Below, piece after piece: positions 24,834 to 38,000 of a DNA stretch of 64,000 bases. A program made the position numbers and the translations under genes. The notes beneath the pieces are model-generated. The model had not been told where the DNA came from. It searched no databases and saw only the letters and a list, made by a program, of their open reading frames with translations. This DNA is from Macrostomum lignano (lineage: Eukaryota). The stretch covers positions 682,001-746,000 of the forward strand of contig NIVC01000126.1 in NCBI GenBank assembly GCA_002269645.1, in the 5' to 3' direction. Each line of letters begins with the position of its first letter. The stretch's first letter is position 1.

Positions 24834-27800
24834 AAGCTAGGGGTACCATAGGGGCCTAGAAGATATTATTTATTAGGCCTAATCTTTGTCGATAAACCTG
24901 GTTACTAAAATTTAATAGTCATTTAAACTTAAACTAAAGATTATTTTACTTACTTCGCTAAATGTAAACTTTTTTACTTTCAACCTATCTATGAGATTGG
25001 AAGAAATTGTTAATTTAAACTTAAAGCAGTAAAATACTAAATATTTGGCAAAGTTTTTTTTAGAATTATTAATTTATAGGCCTAAATTAGTCCTTTTTTA
25101 TCTAATTTTTTAAAACATATTATATAGCATAGCCATAGGAATTTACTCAATTTTTTCTACATAGTATTAGGATAATATCTTGCATATAGTATAATATAGT
25201 ATATAGATATGATTATCTAAGCTATTTATTGTTAGGTTTTTTTGCTAGGATAGCTATGCAATAGTATTTAGCCATAGACAAACTATAGAAAGCCATAGAC
25301 AACAGAAATCAATTTGGTTTTAACTGCAAGCAATTTGGGCCATAGCTAGAAGGCATAACTAAAGCAAAGAATGGCACAAAGAAGACCATATACTAAAATC
25401 TATCTAGTGGACAGAGAGAGGATAGTGAATGCATACGTGATGTGAAATAAACCAAATTGGTTGTAAAAAAAATCAAATTGCTCGTTTACTTCAGTTCTTA
25501 GTCTATGGTAAACTATGACTTCTGCTAAACTATTTGCAACATACCAAATTGGACGCAGTAAAAACCAAATAAGAAGCAAAAAGGTATTCTAATAAATATA
25601 TATATTCATAAATATATTCTTAATTACAAAAAACTAAAATAGCATAAGCTTTCAAGGCTTTTTATCAAACCATAATCTTGGTCTTGGTTATTAGTTAACA
25701 TTTATAGGCTTAGTTAATATGATAGGCTTTTATAATACCTAGGAAAATCCAAGTTTGATTATATATTATAGTAGAAAATAGTGTATTAGATATAAAAATA
25801 TAATTAAGCACTCAAAGTCATTCATAAATATGAAGCCTTTCATTGCTACTTTTTCAGTTGTAAAATCTATTTTATAGAACATTGTTTTATTGCTTTGTTT
25901 CTTTTTTTATTTTTTCTCTATTTTGTTATATCTTTATAGTGTATTACCTTAGAAAAAACTAGGTAGCTTGTTTATACTTGATTTGCTTTTTGTTAAAGAT
26001 AGTACATTTTCCTTTTTGCCAAATATCATGCAATTTCATGATATTAGCAAATATATATATGATATATATATACAATATATATTATAGCACTTTTTAGTTT
26101 TTTATCATGTTTTTTATTTTATTCTATAATATTCCTAAATTTGTATCCTAATTGAAGTATATTGCTTTGCCTTAAATGCATTAGATACTAGATATTTATC
26201 CTAATTGTGCAATAGTAAGAAACAAAAAATACTCATTTATGGGTTTAAAAATAAGAAAATAGTGTGACTAACTATGACTTTCTTAACATAGTTAAATATG
26301 TAGTCATCTAATTAGTGAAAGCCTCAGAACTACACTCTTAATAGTTGCACTATATCATTATAGTATACTATGCCACCACTAGGCTGATCTATGCTGGATG
26401 CTATTTACTAAAATGCCTATGTACAATGTCCTATGTCCTAATACAAATCAGGATTTGTATAATAAATTAGACCCATAAAATATATAATTCCATGTGTGAT
26501 TTTTAAAAATCTTATTTAAATTAATTAAATTTTTTATATTTTACCAATTTTACCAAAAATAGCACAAATGTCCTTAGCATAGAAACTTTGTGCCAAGACT
26601 AAAAATCTTGTCCTAAGACCAACTTAAATGGCAAAGGGCATATATAAATATAATAAAATACCATAAATCTGGTGGTTAAATTTGCCATTTATCTAACAAA
26701 ATATATACACTAACTTTTATTTTTAAAAGTTTGGTTAAGATTGGAAATCAGACAAAAGACAAAATATCAGTAATTAGAATGGGATTTACTCACATTATAT
26801 TAAAATTATAGTAATATTAAAATATTTATATCTAGCTGTAATATATATGGTATTGATACTTTATGGGAACTGATTAGCTATACCAATAAACTTTAGGAAA
26901 CTATTCTGGTCTACTAGCCTTATCCTATTTTTAAATACTAAATAAAAAGTGGCTAATAGCCATTTTAGCTATTGGTATTTTTATATATAATAAACCTATT
27001 TTAGAATTATAAATGATTTAATGCATTAAAAATGACCAAAGAAGCATTGGAACTAAAATTGTGCCTATGGCTTTGATACAATAATGAAAAGGAAGAAAAA
27101 ACATTATTTAACATTTAGTAAATTTCTGAAAAAGGCTCTAAAAATTCATCAACTAAAACTAACACAAGCTTAGTTTTTCATATACTAGGCTAGTATAATT
27201 ATAGAGTTCCTGCAATTCAAATGCATAGACACAAATCTTAGTCTTCTGCCTTACACCAGGGTGGCAAGAACACTAATACACTCACTACATGACCATTGAC
27301 CTTTCCAACCTTCACCACCCTCTCAGCTCAGTCTCCATATATAATGAGTTATCTAAGGATCTCCAATTTAGCTATTCAATCCTTAAATACTTACCAAAAG
27401 AGCTTAACTCACTGATGTGTTCCAGTGCCTTTTCAGCTCACCTCTTGTTGCATGTCTAAACTCCATAGTTCTCATGTTGTGAGGCTCCCTATAGGAAAAA
27501 GTTGTAAAACCACAGATGGCAACTGGTGCACTTTTGAATTTTTTTCTAAAGCACTGTGTGCACACCCTTTTTGTGTGCACACCCTTTTTTGCTAGCTGCT
27601 GCTCTAGCAAATAAATAAAATACATATGGGCAGCCAAAGACAGGCTACAATCAGGACCCCAACCTCTATGGAAGGGGGCCCATATACTCATCACTTATAA
27701 TTCTAAAGTGCAATAAAATAGTTAGACTATTCTAAAGTGTGTGTCTGCTGGTTTTCAACATTCTACTAGGGGTGAGGCTTCTTGGGATTAGTGGTGGCAG

Positions 27801-27888
27801 TGATCTAACTTGGTCACATCACATCCCAAGCAAAGAAAGATGCTTCTATTCTTGTTTCAGCCATCCCTGGAAGAGCAATTAGCTTATA

Positions 27889-28686
27889 CTTCGGGTGTGT
27901 CATAAGTTATGTCACTGATGTGAAAACAGAGGAACATGCAATCCCAGATGAACAAAACTGTACCACCCAATAACATAGAGTCCCCCAATATCAATCACCC
28001 TCTGGCAGTGCTATACAGCTTGTCTACCTACACCTACAGCTCAGCCTGCAGGTGTTTTTCCTCCAACTGCCATAACCAGTGCAACGCGGCCTGTTTGACC
28101 TCTTCATGGCTTGTGAAACTCTCTTGGAAAAGTCTGCCTTTAGCCATTTGATGAACAGAAATCTGTCGCACAAGTTTAAGTCCGGGCTGTAGGGACTGTC
28201 AGAGCAGATTCACTCGCCGTGCAGGCAGAAAATGCGAAACAGCCTTACAGGTGTGCGGCCGTGCGGTGTTTATCTGCCACAGAACCTCATCCAGGTGACA
28301 TGGATTTGACCGGAGAGTGCGCTAGAGGTCCCCAGTGTGCCAGGCAAAAGCCGATAAAACTACTGACCATCGAACTTGACGGTTGAGTCGGTTGACCCTT
28401 GATGAGACTCCTTTGTTTGGCGTGAAGGCTACCAGCAGCATGGTCTTCTTGTCCGAGATGGACCTCGTGGTCACGGTCGGCAGCAGTCCCCAGCTCCTAG
28501 CCAGCAGCGATTGTCTGCCTTGCTGCCCTTGCCATCCAGGTGGAGCACAGTGTGCTCCTATGCACGTCTCAAATGCACTGGTATTGCTTCACTAAGTATA
28601 CTTTGCAGCAACACTACCCACAAGTCCATGTGCCTACATATTTTAGACAGAGGCCTGCAGTGACATTACTTATGACACACCCGAAG
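27889..28686 (-). mobile_element. Internally deleted DD34D mariner, 798 bp, both TIRs and TA duplication
   Basis: TA|CTTCGGGTGTGTCATAAG..ATGTCACTG at left, its reverse complement plus TA at right. Minus strand reads WQI(N)TARPH..(P)YSPDLNLCDRFLF with 34 residues between the catalytic positions, allowing one stop and one frameshift. Confidence 0.92.
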
Positions 28687-29010
28687 TATGTGGCTATGTA
28701 TTCCTACTAGAGTATATCTGACTGCTAAAATAAATCCAAATATACTAAATCTCTAAGAATTTAACTATATTTTAATGTATTCAATTTCAGAGCTCATATT
28801 TTCAATTTTAAGCATTTTATTAAGTGTTATGAAAAATGGGAACTCCACCACACACATATATATATAGCTATTTAATGTTTGTTAATAACCAATTTTTTAT
28901 CGTACTGCTTATTGGTATATTTTTATAGATTTCACTTTTTGACTAGTGCCAGTTTGAATCCAGACTAAAGATAAAAATTAATATTCTCCTGTTCTCCAGT
29001 TGTATTCCAG

Positions 29011-32000
29011 ATGGGACGACGAAAAGAAGATCGCAGAAGAAAGCCCAGAATATACAGTTGCCCTGGCCAGAAAGCTATAAAACAATTAATTGTCAGCCAG
29101 TTGCGCCATCCTGCTAAGGGAGTGTGTGCCTCAAATCCGGAATCATGTAGTAGCCGTAAGTGATTTTTGCTGCATTTAGGATGTGCTCTGTAACAAATTT
29201 TTTATTGGTGTGATATTTTTAGTCATCTGTTGTGCTACTGTTTGCAAATCAAGGCAAATTCTACACCAAATATAGAATTTTGTCACCCTCCTGTATAATG
29301 GTCACTTTTCATGAATGTTCACTGGACAATTTTAGTCTTGAAAAGCTCGAAAGCTCGAGGGCACTAAGTAAATAGTGCCCGGAAAATAGCGTGCTTTATC
29401 TCATATAGAGCAAGCATAGACAAATGGTTGAAAAATAAAGCCCGCAAGTTAACTAACTGCTTGGAATAGCGGGCAATATAAGGCTCACACCATGCTCTAT
29501 GCGGGAGGGAGTACGACGTTTGCTTGCAGGAAGTTTGCTTGCGGAGCTTTGCTTGCGGAATTTTGCTTGCCGAGCTTTGCTTGCCGAACTTTGCTTGCCG
29601 AGCTATGCTTGCCGAACTTTGCTTGCCGAGCTTTGCTTGCCGAACTTTGCTTGCCGAGCTATGCTTGCCGAACTTTGCTTGCCGAGCTTTGCTTGCCGAA
29701 CTTTGCTTGCCGAACTATGCTTGCCGAACTTTGCTTGCCGAGCTTTGCTTGCTGAACTTTGCTTGCCGAGCTATGCTTGCCGAACTTTGCTTGCCGAGCT
29801 TTGCTTGCCGAACTTTGCTTGCGGAGCTTTGCTTGCGGAATTTTGCTTGCCGAGCTTTGCTTGCCGAGCTATGCTTGCCGAACTTTGCTTGCCGAGCTTT
29901 GCTTGCTGAACTTTGCTTGCCGAGCTATGCTTGCCGAACTTTGCTTGCCGAGCTTTGCTTGCCGAACTTTGCTTGCGGAGCTTTGCTTGCGGAATTTTGC
30001 TTGCCGAGCTTTGCTTGCTGAACTTTGCTTGCCGAGCTATGCTTACCGAACTTTGCTTGCCGAGCTTTGCTTGCCGAACTTTGCTTGCGGAGCTTTGCTT
30101 GCCGAACTTTGCTTGCCGAGCTATGCTTGCCGAACTTTGCTTGCCGAGCTTTGCTTGCCGAACTTTGCTTGCGGAGCTTTGCTTGCGGAATTTTGCTTGC
30201 CGAGCTTTGCTTGCCGAGCTTTGCTTGCCGAACTTTGCTTGCCGAGCTATGCTTGCCGAACTTTGCTTGCCGAGCTTTGCTTGCCGAACTTTGCTTGCGG
30301 AGCTTTGCTTGCGGAATTTTGCTTGCCGAGCTTTGCTTGCTGAACTTTGCTTGCCGAGCTTTGCTTGCCGAACTTTGCTTGCGGAGCTTTGCTTGCGGAA
30401 TTTTGCTTGCCGAGCTTTGCTTGCTGAACTTTGCTTGCCGAGCTATGCTTGCCGAACTTTGCTTGCGGAGCTATGCTTGCCGAACTTTGCTTGCCGAGCT
30501 ATGCTTGCCGAACTTTGCTTGCGGAGCTTTGCTTGCGGAATTTTGCTTGCCGAGCTTTGCTTGCGGAATTTTGCTTGCCGAACTTGAATTTTGCTTGTCT
30601 GCTTGCTTGTTTTGATTACTTGCGAAGTTGGTCAGTCAATTATTACTTACTACAGATGCTTTGCAAGTGGATTCTTATTCAACGTAAACTGACTTGACAG
30701 TAAGCTTTCAAACTAGGCTTATAGAGTTTCATTCTAAGTATTTAGTATATAGAAATGATGTACATTGATGTACAATGTACGTTCGTTTTCAAAAAATCTA
30801 TTCTGTATTCTGTACTGATGTTGAAACAGTATTCCCAGTTTCAACATCTAGGGCTTTTCAAATCCGCCATATCCTCATGCAAAATCATAACACTATAGGC
30901 GACTTCCACGAATCTTAGAAAATAAAAAATAGAAATACAAAAGCTCACTAATAGGTTCTTTAAGGTTCCGCAAGAAAACTGTGGCTGGCGAACCTCGCCA
31001 AGCAAAATTTCTGCAAGCAAACTTCGGCAAATTTATGTGCAGCAAGCAAATTTCCTGCAAGCAAAGCTCGGCAAGCAAAGTTCGGCAAGCAGACTTCGGC
31101 AAGCAAAACTTCGGCAAGCAGACTTCGGCAAGCAAAACTCCGCTAGCAGACTTCGGCAAGCAAAACTCCGCCAGCAGACTTCGGCAAGCAAAACTCCGCC
31201 AGCAGACTTCGGCAAGCAAAACTCCGCTAGCAGACTTCGGCAAGCAGACTTCGGCAAGCAAAACTCCGCCAGCAGACTTCGGCAAGCAAAACTCCGCTAG
31301 CAGACTTCGGCAAGCAAAACTCCGCCAGCAGACTTCGGCAAGCAAAACTCCGCCAGCAGACTTCGGCAAGCAAAACTCCGCTAGCAGACTTCGGCAAGCA
31401 GACTTCGGCAAGCAAAACTCCGCCAGCAGACTTCGGCAAGCAAAACTCCGCTAGCAGACTTCGGCAAGCAAAACTCCGCCAGCAGACTTCGGCAAGCAAA
31501 ACTCCGCCAGCAGACTTCGGCAAGCAAAACTCCGCTAGCAGACTTCGGCAAGCAGACTTCGGCAAGCAAAACTCCGCCAGCAGACTTCGGCAAGCAGACT
31601 TCGGCAAGCAAAACTCCGCCAGCAGACTTCGGCAAGCAAAACTCCGCTAGCAGACTTCGGCAAGCAAAACTCCGCCAGCAGACTTCGGCAAGCAAAACTC
31701 CGCCAGCAGACTTCGGCAAGCAAAACTCCGCTAGCAGACTTCGGCAAGCAGATTTCGGCAAGCAAAACTCCGCCAGCAGACTTCGGCAAGCAAAACTCCG
31801 CAAGCAAAAGTCCCGCACTGCACAGCTTTTTGCACAGAGGCTGATTTGAATGCGAATAGCTAAAATTTCAACTGCTTCTGGTTACTGTTCCAAATTCATA
31901 ATAGTCTTTTGTAAAACCAGTGTTCCCAAGTAGGTAAAATGGTGGACCGGGGTTGGAGTAGAATAGGTGACTTATATTATAAAAATAGTTGCTCTTTAAA

Positions 32001-35000
32001 GTCTCGGAAATTAGTCCTTTTTAATTTACTAATTAGATAGACTGTTAATAAAGCCGAATGCTCTCATTATCTATAATAATTTTCTGGAACATATACTTTA
32101 GATACTAGAAGTAGTATCATAAAAAGAGAGCTCTCCTGTGAGAGAAATGTTATTGTGATTTTTTATAATTCGATAGAGTAAAGCTTTCTTTTTAATTTTT
32201 AAAACCTTTTTGAACTCTTAAAATAATATCAATCTAATTGCTACATCCAATTTAGAATTCATCTCATCGTCATTTTTTAACTTTCCTGTGTCATACCCAT
32301 CACCATCTGGTGCAAAGCAATACCATGTCAAGTCAAGCATGCTTACCTTTCCCTGTTTCTGATTCTCCTCGTTTAAGGGCCGGAAACGCAATCGTCTGAA
32401 CTTCCGGAGCCTGACGCTGAGTTCGTCTATTCTGCGCATCATCAACGGGTGCATGATTCCGCAGAGCTATGGGATCACCATTTTGCAGAATTCGTAACAG
32501 GATTTGGTCACCATTTTTCTCCAACGGTTAAATGCATACTATGCCATGGCAACACCAGCGAAAATAGCTACCGATGCTTGCAATGTGACTTAATGACCGT
32601 CTGCCTTCCGTGCCTGCAGCACCAGCACCGACACTCTCCACCTCATTTGGTGCAGCGTTGGAATGTAAGAAGTATTGATCTATTGTGGTAGGATTAAACT
32701 ATTGTGATAGGATTGATCTATTGTGATAGGATTGAACTATTGTGATAGGATTGAACTATTGTGATAGGATTGAACTATTGTGATAGGATTGAACTATTGT
32801 GATAGGATTGATCTATTGTGGTAGGATTAAACTATTGTGATAGGATTGATCTATTGTGATAGGATTGAACTATTGTGATAGGATTGAACTATTGTGATAG
32901 GATTGAACTATTGTGATAGGATTGATCTATTGTGATAGGATTGAACTATTGTGATAGGATTGAACTATTGTGATAGGATTGAACTATTGTGATAGGATTG
33001 AACTATTGTGATAGGATTGAACTATTGTGATAGGATTGAACTATTGTGAAAGGATTGAACTATTGTGATAGGATTGAACTATTGTGATAGGATTGATCTA
33101 TTGTGGTAGGATTAAACTATTGTGATAGGATTGATCTATTGTGATAGGATTGAACTATTGTGATAGGATTGAACTATTGTGATAGGATTAAACTATTGTG
33201 ATAGGATTAAACTATTGTGATAGGATTGAACTATTGTGATAGGATTGAACTATTGTGATAGGATTGAACTATTGTGATAGGATTGATCTATTGTGATAGG
33301 ATTGAACTATTGTGATAGGATTGAACTATTGTGATAGGATTGAACTATTGTGATAGGATTGAACTATTGTGATAGGATTGAACTATTGTGATAGGATTGA
33401 ACTATTGTGATAGGATTGAACTATTGTGATAGGATTGAACTATTGTGATAGGATTGAACTATTGTGATAGGATTGAACTATTGTGATAGGATTGAACTAT
33501 TGTGATAGGATTGAACTATTGTGATAGGATTGAACTATTGTGATAGGATTGAACTATTGTGATAGGATTGAACTATTGTGATAGGATTGAACTATTGTGA
33601 TAGGATTGAACTATTGTGATAGGATTGAACTATTGTGATAGGATTGAACTATTGTGATAGGATTGAACTATTGTGATAGGATTGAACTATTGTGATAGGA
33701 TTGAACTATTGTGATAGGATTGAACTATTGTGATAGGATTGAACTATTGTGATAGGATTGAACTATTGTGATAGGATTGAACTATTGTGATAGGATTGAA
33801 CTATTGTGATAGGATTGAACTATTGTGATAGGATTGAACTATTGTGATAGGATTGAACTATTGTGATAGGATTGAACTATTGTGATAGGATTGAACTATT
33901 GTGATAGGATTGAACTATTGTGATAGGATTGAACTATTGTGATAGGATTGAACTATTGTGATAGGATTGAACTATTGTGATAGGATTGAACTATTGTGAT
34001 AGGATTGAACTATTGTGATAGGATTGAACTATTGTGATAGGATTGAACTATTGTGATAGGATTGAACTATTGTGATAGGATTGAACTATTGTGATAGGAT
34101 TGAACTATTGTGATAGGATTGAACTATTGTGATAGGATTAAACTATTGTGATAGGTGCGATATAGAATGTAAGTTTTTAGCGCCTTCCTTTTTACTATCG
34201 TCTTTTTTAGGGAAGCTTCTATGAGACACAAGCGACATCAGCGATTCTGAAGTGTAACTGTGAAATGGATTCTAACACTGTTCCTGTAACCCTTTTCCTG
34301 TTTGATGGTACGTAATTTGACTTTTTAATCTTATGTTACTATTACTGATGCTTTAATATGATACTTGTGTAGGCGGTGCAAAACTATAGTTGAATAGCAT
34401 ACACGCATAGATAAGCAGTATATTGTTCATATATCCGTATTATCAGCACTTTGACTGTGAAAAATTAAATGTTCTTTCAAACATTTTCATTATCCGTTTA
34501 CATTCATTTAACGTTAATCCTTGTTCTTAAAATACTCATATGCAGGCCAGCTAGTGGAAGCTTCGGTATGCAGCTGCGACGTTCGCGGTACTCTTCTTCG
34601 AAACGGGTTCTGGCCTCTCCAGCCCGGAGGAGAGCAGTCCATACGCCGTGCTGTTCACATTCGCGCTCTCCTTCTGCTGGATGCAGTTCAGCTTCAATGT
34701 GGGGCATCATTGTGGAGCGCATGCAATGCCCTGAGAGATTTCCGAAATTCGCTTTGGGAACCCCGAGGTGTAAGTATTTTTATTATTCTTAGGCATCAAT
34801 ACTTTCAATATTAATATATTCTAAATAAAACGTAGTTAAACTGCTCCCTAAACTGGCAGTTTTCGTACAATAGGCAGCTGGCTGCTTCTTTTTAGCATAG
34901 GATAGTCATTGTAAAGTTTAGATGCACCAACTAGGAGAAGAAAACAATGACTACAAAACTTTGAAAACAAAACATCACTTTATGCGTGCGTTTGAAAGTA

Positions 35001-38000
35001 TCGTTTTATTCTTTCCCATACTTACACATAATTCATGTTTTCACATACTTCCAGTGCTGATGCACGTATTTAGTTTTTGTTGTGAAAATTATTCTATTTA
35101 ATTTGTGTTCCAAAAGATACAACTCTAAAAAATAGAGCTTCCCTGCGTTCAATCCAAAGTCCAATCGTAAGAGTCTGTCCGACTTGTTAATAGTAGCATT
35201 GAGCCCCGACATGCTCGTAGGTTCCTCTAACAAGTATAGTTGTTTTCAGGATACAATTGTATAGTTTACGGACTGGCTAGCCAAGATTCTAAAATTAAAC
35301 GTCCTTTGCCACAGTTAAAGCACTTTTTCATTAGATTTTTTCCTATTTTTGTGTCTATTGTGTAGGCGGAAATGTACCGGGCTCTCAACTCATTCGGTGC
35401 TTTTGCTGCATTTCGTCGAGTGCTTTCCGTTGCGCGGTGGCCTGAATTGCCGAACTGTCCTGCTTGCTTTGTTGTGAGTATTTTTTAGCCTTTTTCCGCC
35501 GTTTTTGCCCCAAGCGGGTTGGGGGAACCCCTCCCCCTTGACGATTATTTTTGCTGCACCCGAACGGAGCAACGCAGGCGCACGAAATTCAAGAACACGC
35601 CGTCATGATGGGGGTGAAAGGCTACAGAGTCAAGTTAAGGTCCTCCTGCAGTCGACAGTTGCCCATTGTGAACGCTTGATCAGTGATATTGGGCTTTTCT
35701 GCATCAGAGTCGTCATAGACGCCTGTCGCCTGGTGGCATCCGCTGAAGGTCCAGAAGTTCCGTCCAAGTGACGACCACTGGTCGCTGCTTCTAGAGGCGA
35801 TGCAGGCACATGTTTTCAAGACACTGATGACGTATGAAGGCTCAGCAAGGCAGCGCTGAGACAGGGTTGACTCGAGTGTGGGGTGTTCTGAATACATTAG
35901 CACGAATGGGAAAATCCTACCTGGAAAAATCGTTGATTATCTCGACAGCCCGAAAGGGTGGTGACTTGATTTATTTTTCATAAAGTGCGCAACAAAAAGT
36001 TAAACCTTGTTCTTGAATTTCGTGCGCCTGAGTTGCTCCGTTCGGGCGCAGCAAAAAAATCGTCAGAAGTGCGTTCCCCCTCTTTGGGGTTTCTACTGTT
36101 AATTAGCATTTATACTTATCATTCTGTTTTTTGGTTGCTTTGCAACTTTTTGCAACCTTATATGCATACGTTAGGGGCCGTAGCCCAGCGGTAGCGCAGC
36201 TGCTCTGGTGTGCCAGCGACCCAGGCTCGATTCCAAGTGCAGCCATTAATTTGGGGCTGAATTGGAATCTCGGCTTGGCTCTGCTCGTGCAATTAACGGC
36301 CTTGAGAGCCAACATCCCAAGGCGCAGTGAAGTGTACATGCCTAACGATAAAATAAAGTTAGGGCCGCTGTACACTCCTGTGTGAGTGTGTGCCTGCGTA
36401 CGTATCCGCGCGCTTGTCTGCCTGCTCAGGGGAGTCGGCGGAATGGGCAGTAATGCCTCTCGCCGGTTATGTGCCAATGACGCTTAAAGTGCGCCTGGGT
36501 GCACACAACCCCCTGCCTTTAATAAAAAAAAATAATAAATGCATACGTTGTATCTCTTCGTTCCTCTTTGTACTACAGGGTGGCGTGTCCTCAAAGCCAC
36601 TCTTTCTGCTCTTGGACGCGTGCTTCGGCATGAAGCACAAAGTGACGGCGAATTCGGGCCACTCAGTTCAAGCAGAAGCTGGGTACTTTATCACCCCCGA
36701 TATCGAGTCCAATGTCACAGCGGCGGACGACTCCTGCGCTAATTGGAGGGCTGGTCGGGGCGAAAGCTTGCTCTCAGCATCTCAGCATCGGCTGTACGAC
36801 GTATTCGGTCTGTTTTCCGGCATCTGCAGACATGGCTCCGTTGTTATGTTGGAAGATCTAGTGACCCCCGGTGAAAAGTGAGTCTAATATCTATCAATTT
36901 TTCGTGAATTTTGATCGTCTGTGATTTTTTGTACTTTCTAGTGTATTTAAACCTTTCTCAATCGGTATTTAGACACATACACGCTATGTAATCCAGCAAG
37001 TTTTAGTTTAATGCGATTGCGGTCTTGCTCAAACTTTACAACTTTTTGCAGTTGGTAACTATAAAATTGAGGTGAATTAGCATTTTAACCTTTGCACGCC
37101 GGAGCTAGAAATACAAAAGCTCCGTTCCTGGGCCTTTCATATTGCCTGTTCTGGTTCCAGAACCAGAACCAATTTGTGAAGTATAACTTTTTGTCTCCAT
37201 ACCTAGAGGGAGATACGTGCTATAAAGTTTTTATTATTGAATGACAATCGCCAAGAAGAAAGTGAAAAATTGTGCTAAGTGAGGTTGTTAAGGCAGTCAA
37301 ACATTCAACAATTGAATAGTTATATACTGCATGCTGTTTTTCTAAGAACATCCGAACCGATTCTGATTCTGGAATTGGTAATATGAAAAGCCTCCCTGCC
37401 GACATGGTCAGTTGGGCTGGCCATAGACTATAGCTAGAATCTTAATGCGCCCCTGTGCAAAGCCTTTCTAGCCGAGAAGGGAGCATTTTATACTTGGCTT
37501 GGGCAAATCTAAGGTCGAAAAACAGTTTCAAAGTGCATTTCACTTAATGCTCTCTAAATAGATTATGCAGTGTGTACACTCGATATGTAGCTATAGACTC
37601 TACAGTTCACTTTAAAATCTGCAAACAGGCCTTTTTGAAAGAGAAAGCACTGCACCTCCTTAATACGAGTAGTGCATCATTTTATTGAAAAGTAAATCAG
37701 CTACAACCATGGACATTTTGCATACATCGGATTCTGAAACTGATGATGTCATCACAGAGAATGCTGAAACCGAGTCGCTGCATTTCATTGCAGATAAGTA
37801 GGACTTCTTTCACCCATTTTTCGTATTATCAGCGTTGCTGACCATGTCGGCAGGAACGGCGTTCTGTGGGAACGGCACAAAACTTTTTTTTACCATAGAC
37901 TCAAAAATTACAGCAGCAGTAAATGCTGTTGGTCCATCGTCAGCTCTGCCAAGGAGTTCTATACTTAGCAGCCTGGAGTGGAAGCGAGTTTTACCACATG

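Noticed and set aside
22260-27880. Short ORFs in the long AT-rich tract
   Set aside because: No coding-like composition, motifs or consistent splice structure.
29492-31818. Multiple LAELCLPNFACR / leucine-rich-repeat-like ORFs
   Set aside because: Products of the 14-bp arrays in several frames; they lie in a KDZ intron.
32683-34155. Regular repeat arrays as possible CRISPR (also 42815-45520, 12645-13178)
   Set aside because: Head-to-tail repeats without unique spacers, no cas genes, eukaryotic context.
34921-35010. Candidate extra KDZ exon (MHQLGEENNDYKTLKTKHHFMRAFE) and a CPTC motif near 35175
   Set aside because: Weak donor or immediate stop. Exon 35366-35473 has better splice sites, supplies CPAC and fits the phases without them.
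36174-36250. tRNA gene (also 52700-52780 and 61780-61848)
   Set aside because: A/B boxes are present but there is no complete cloverleaf; each continues into a shared SINE body with tail and, for family A, a TSD.
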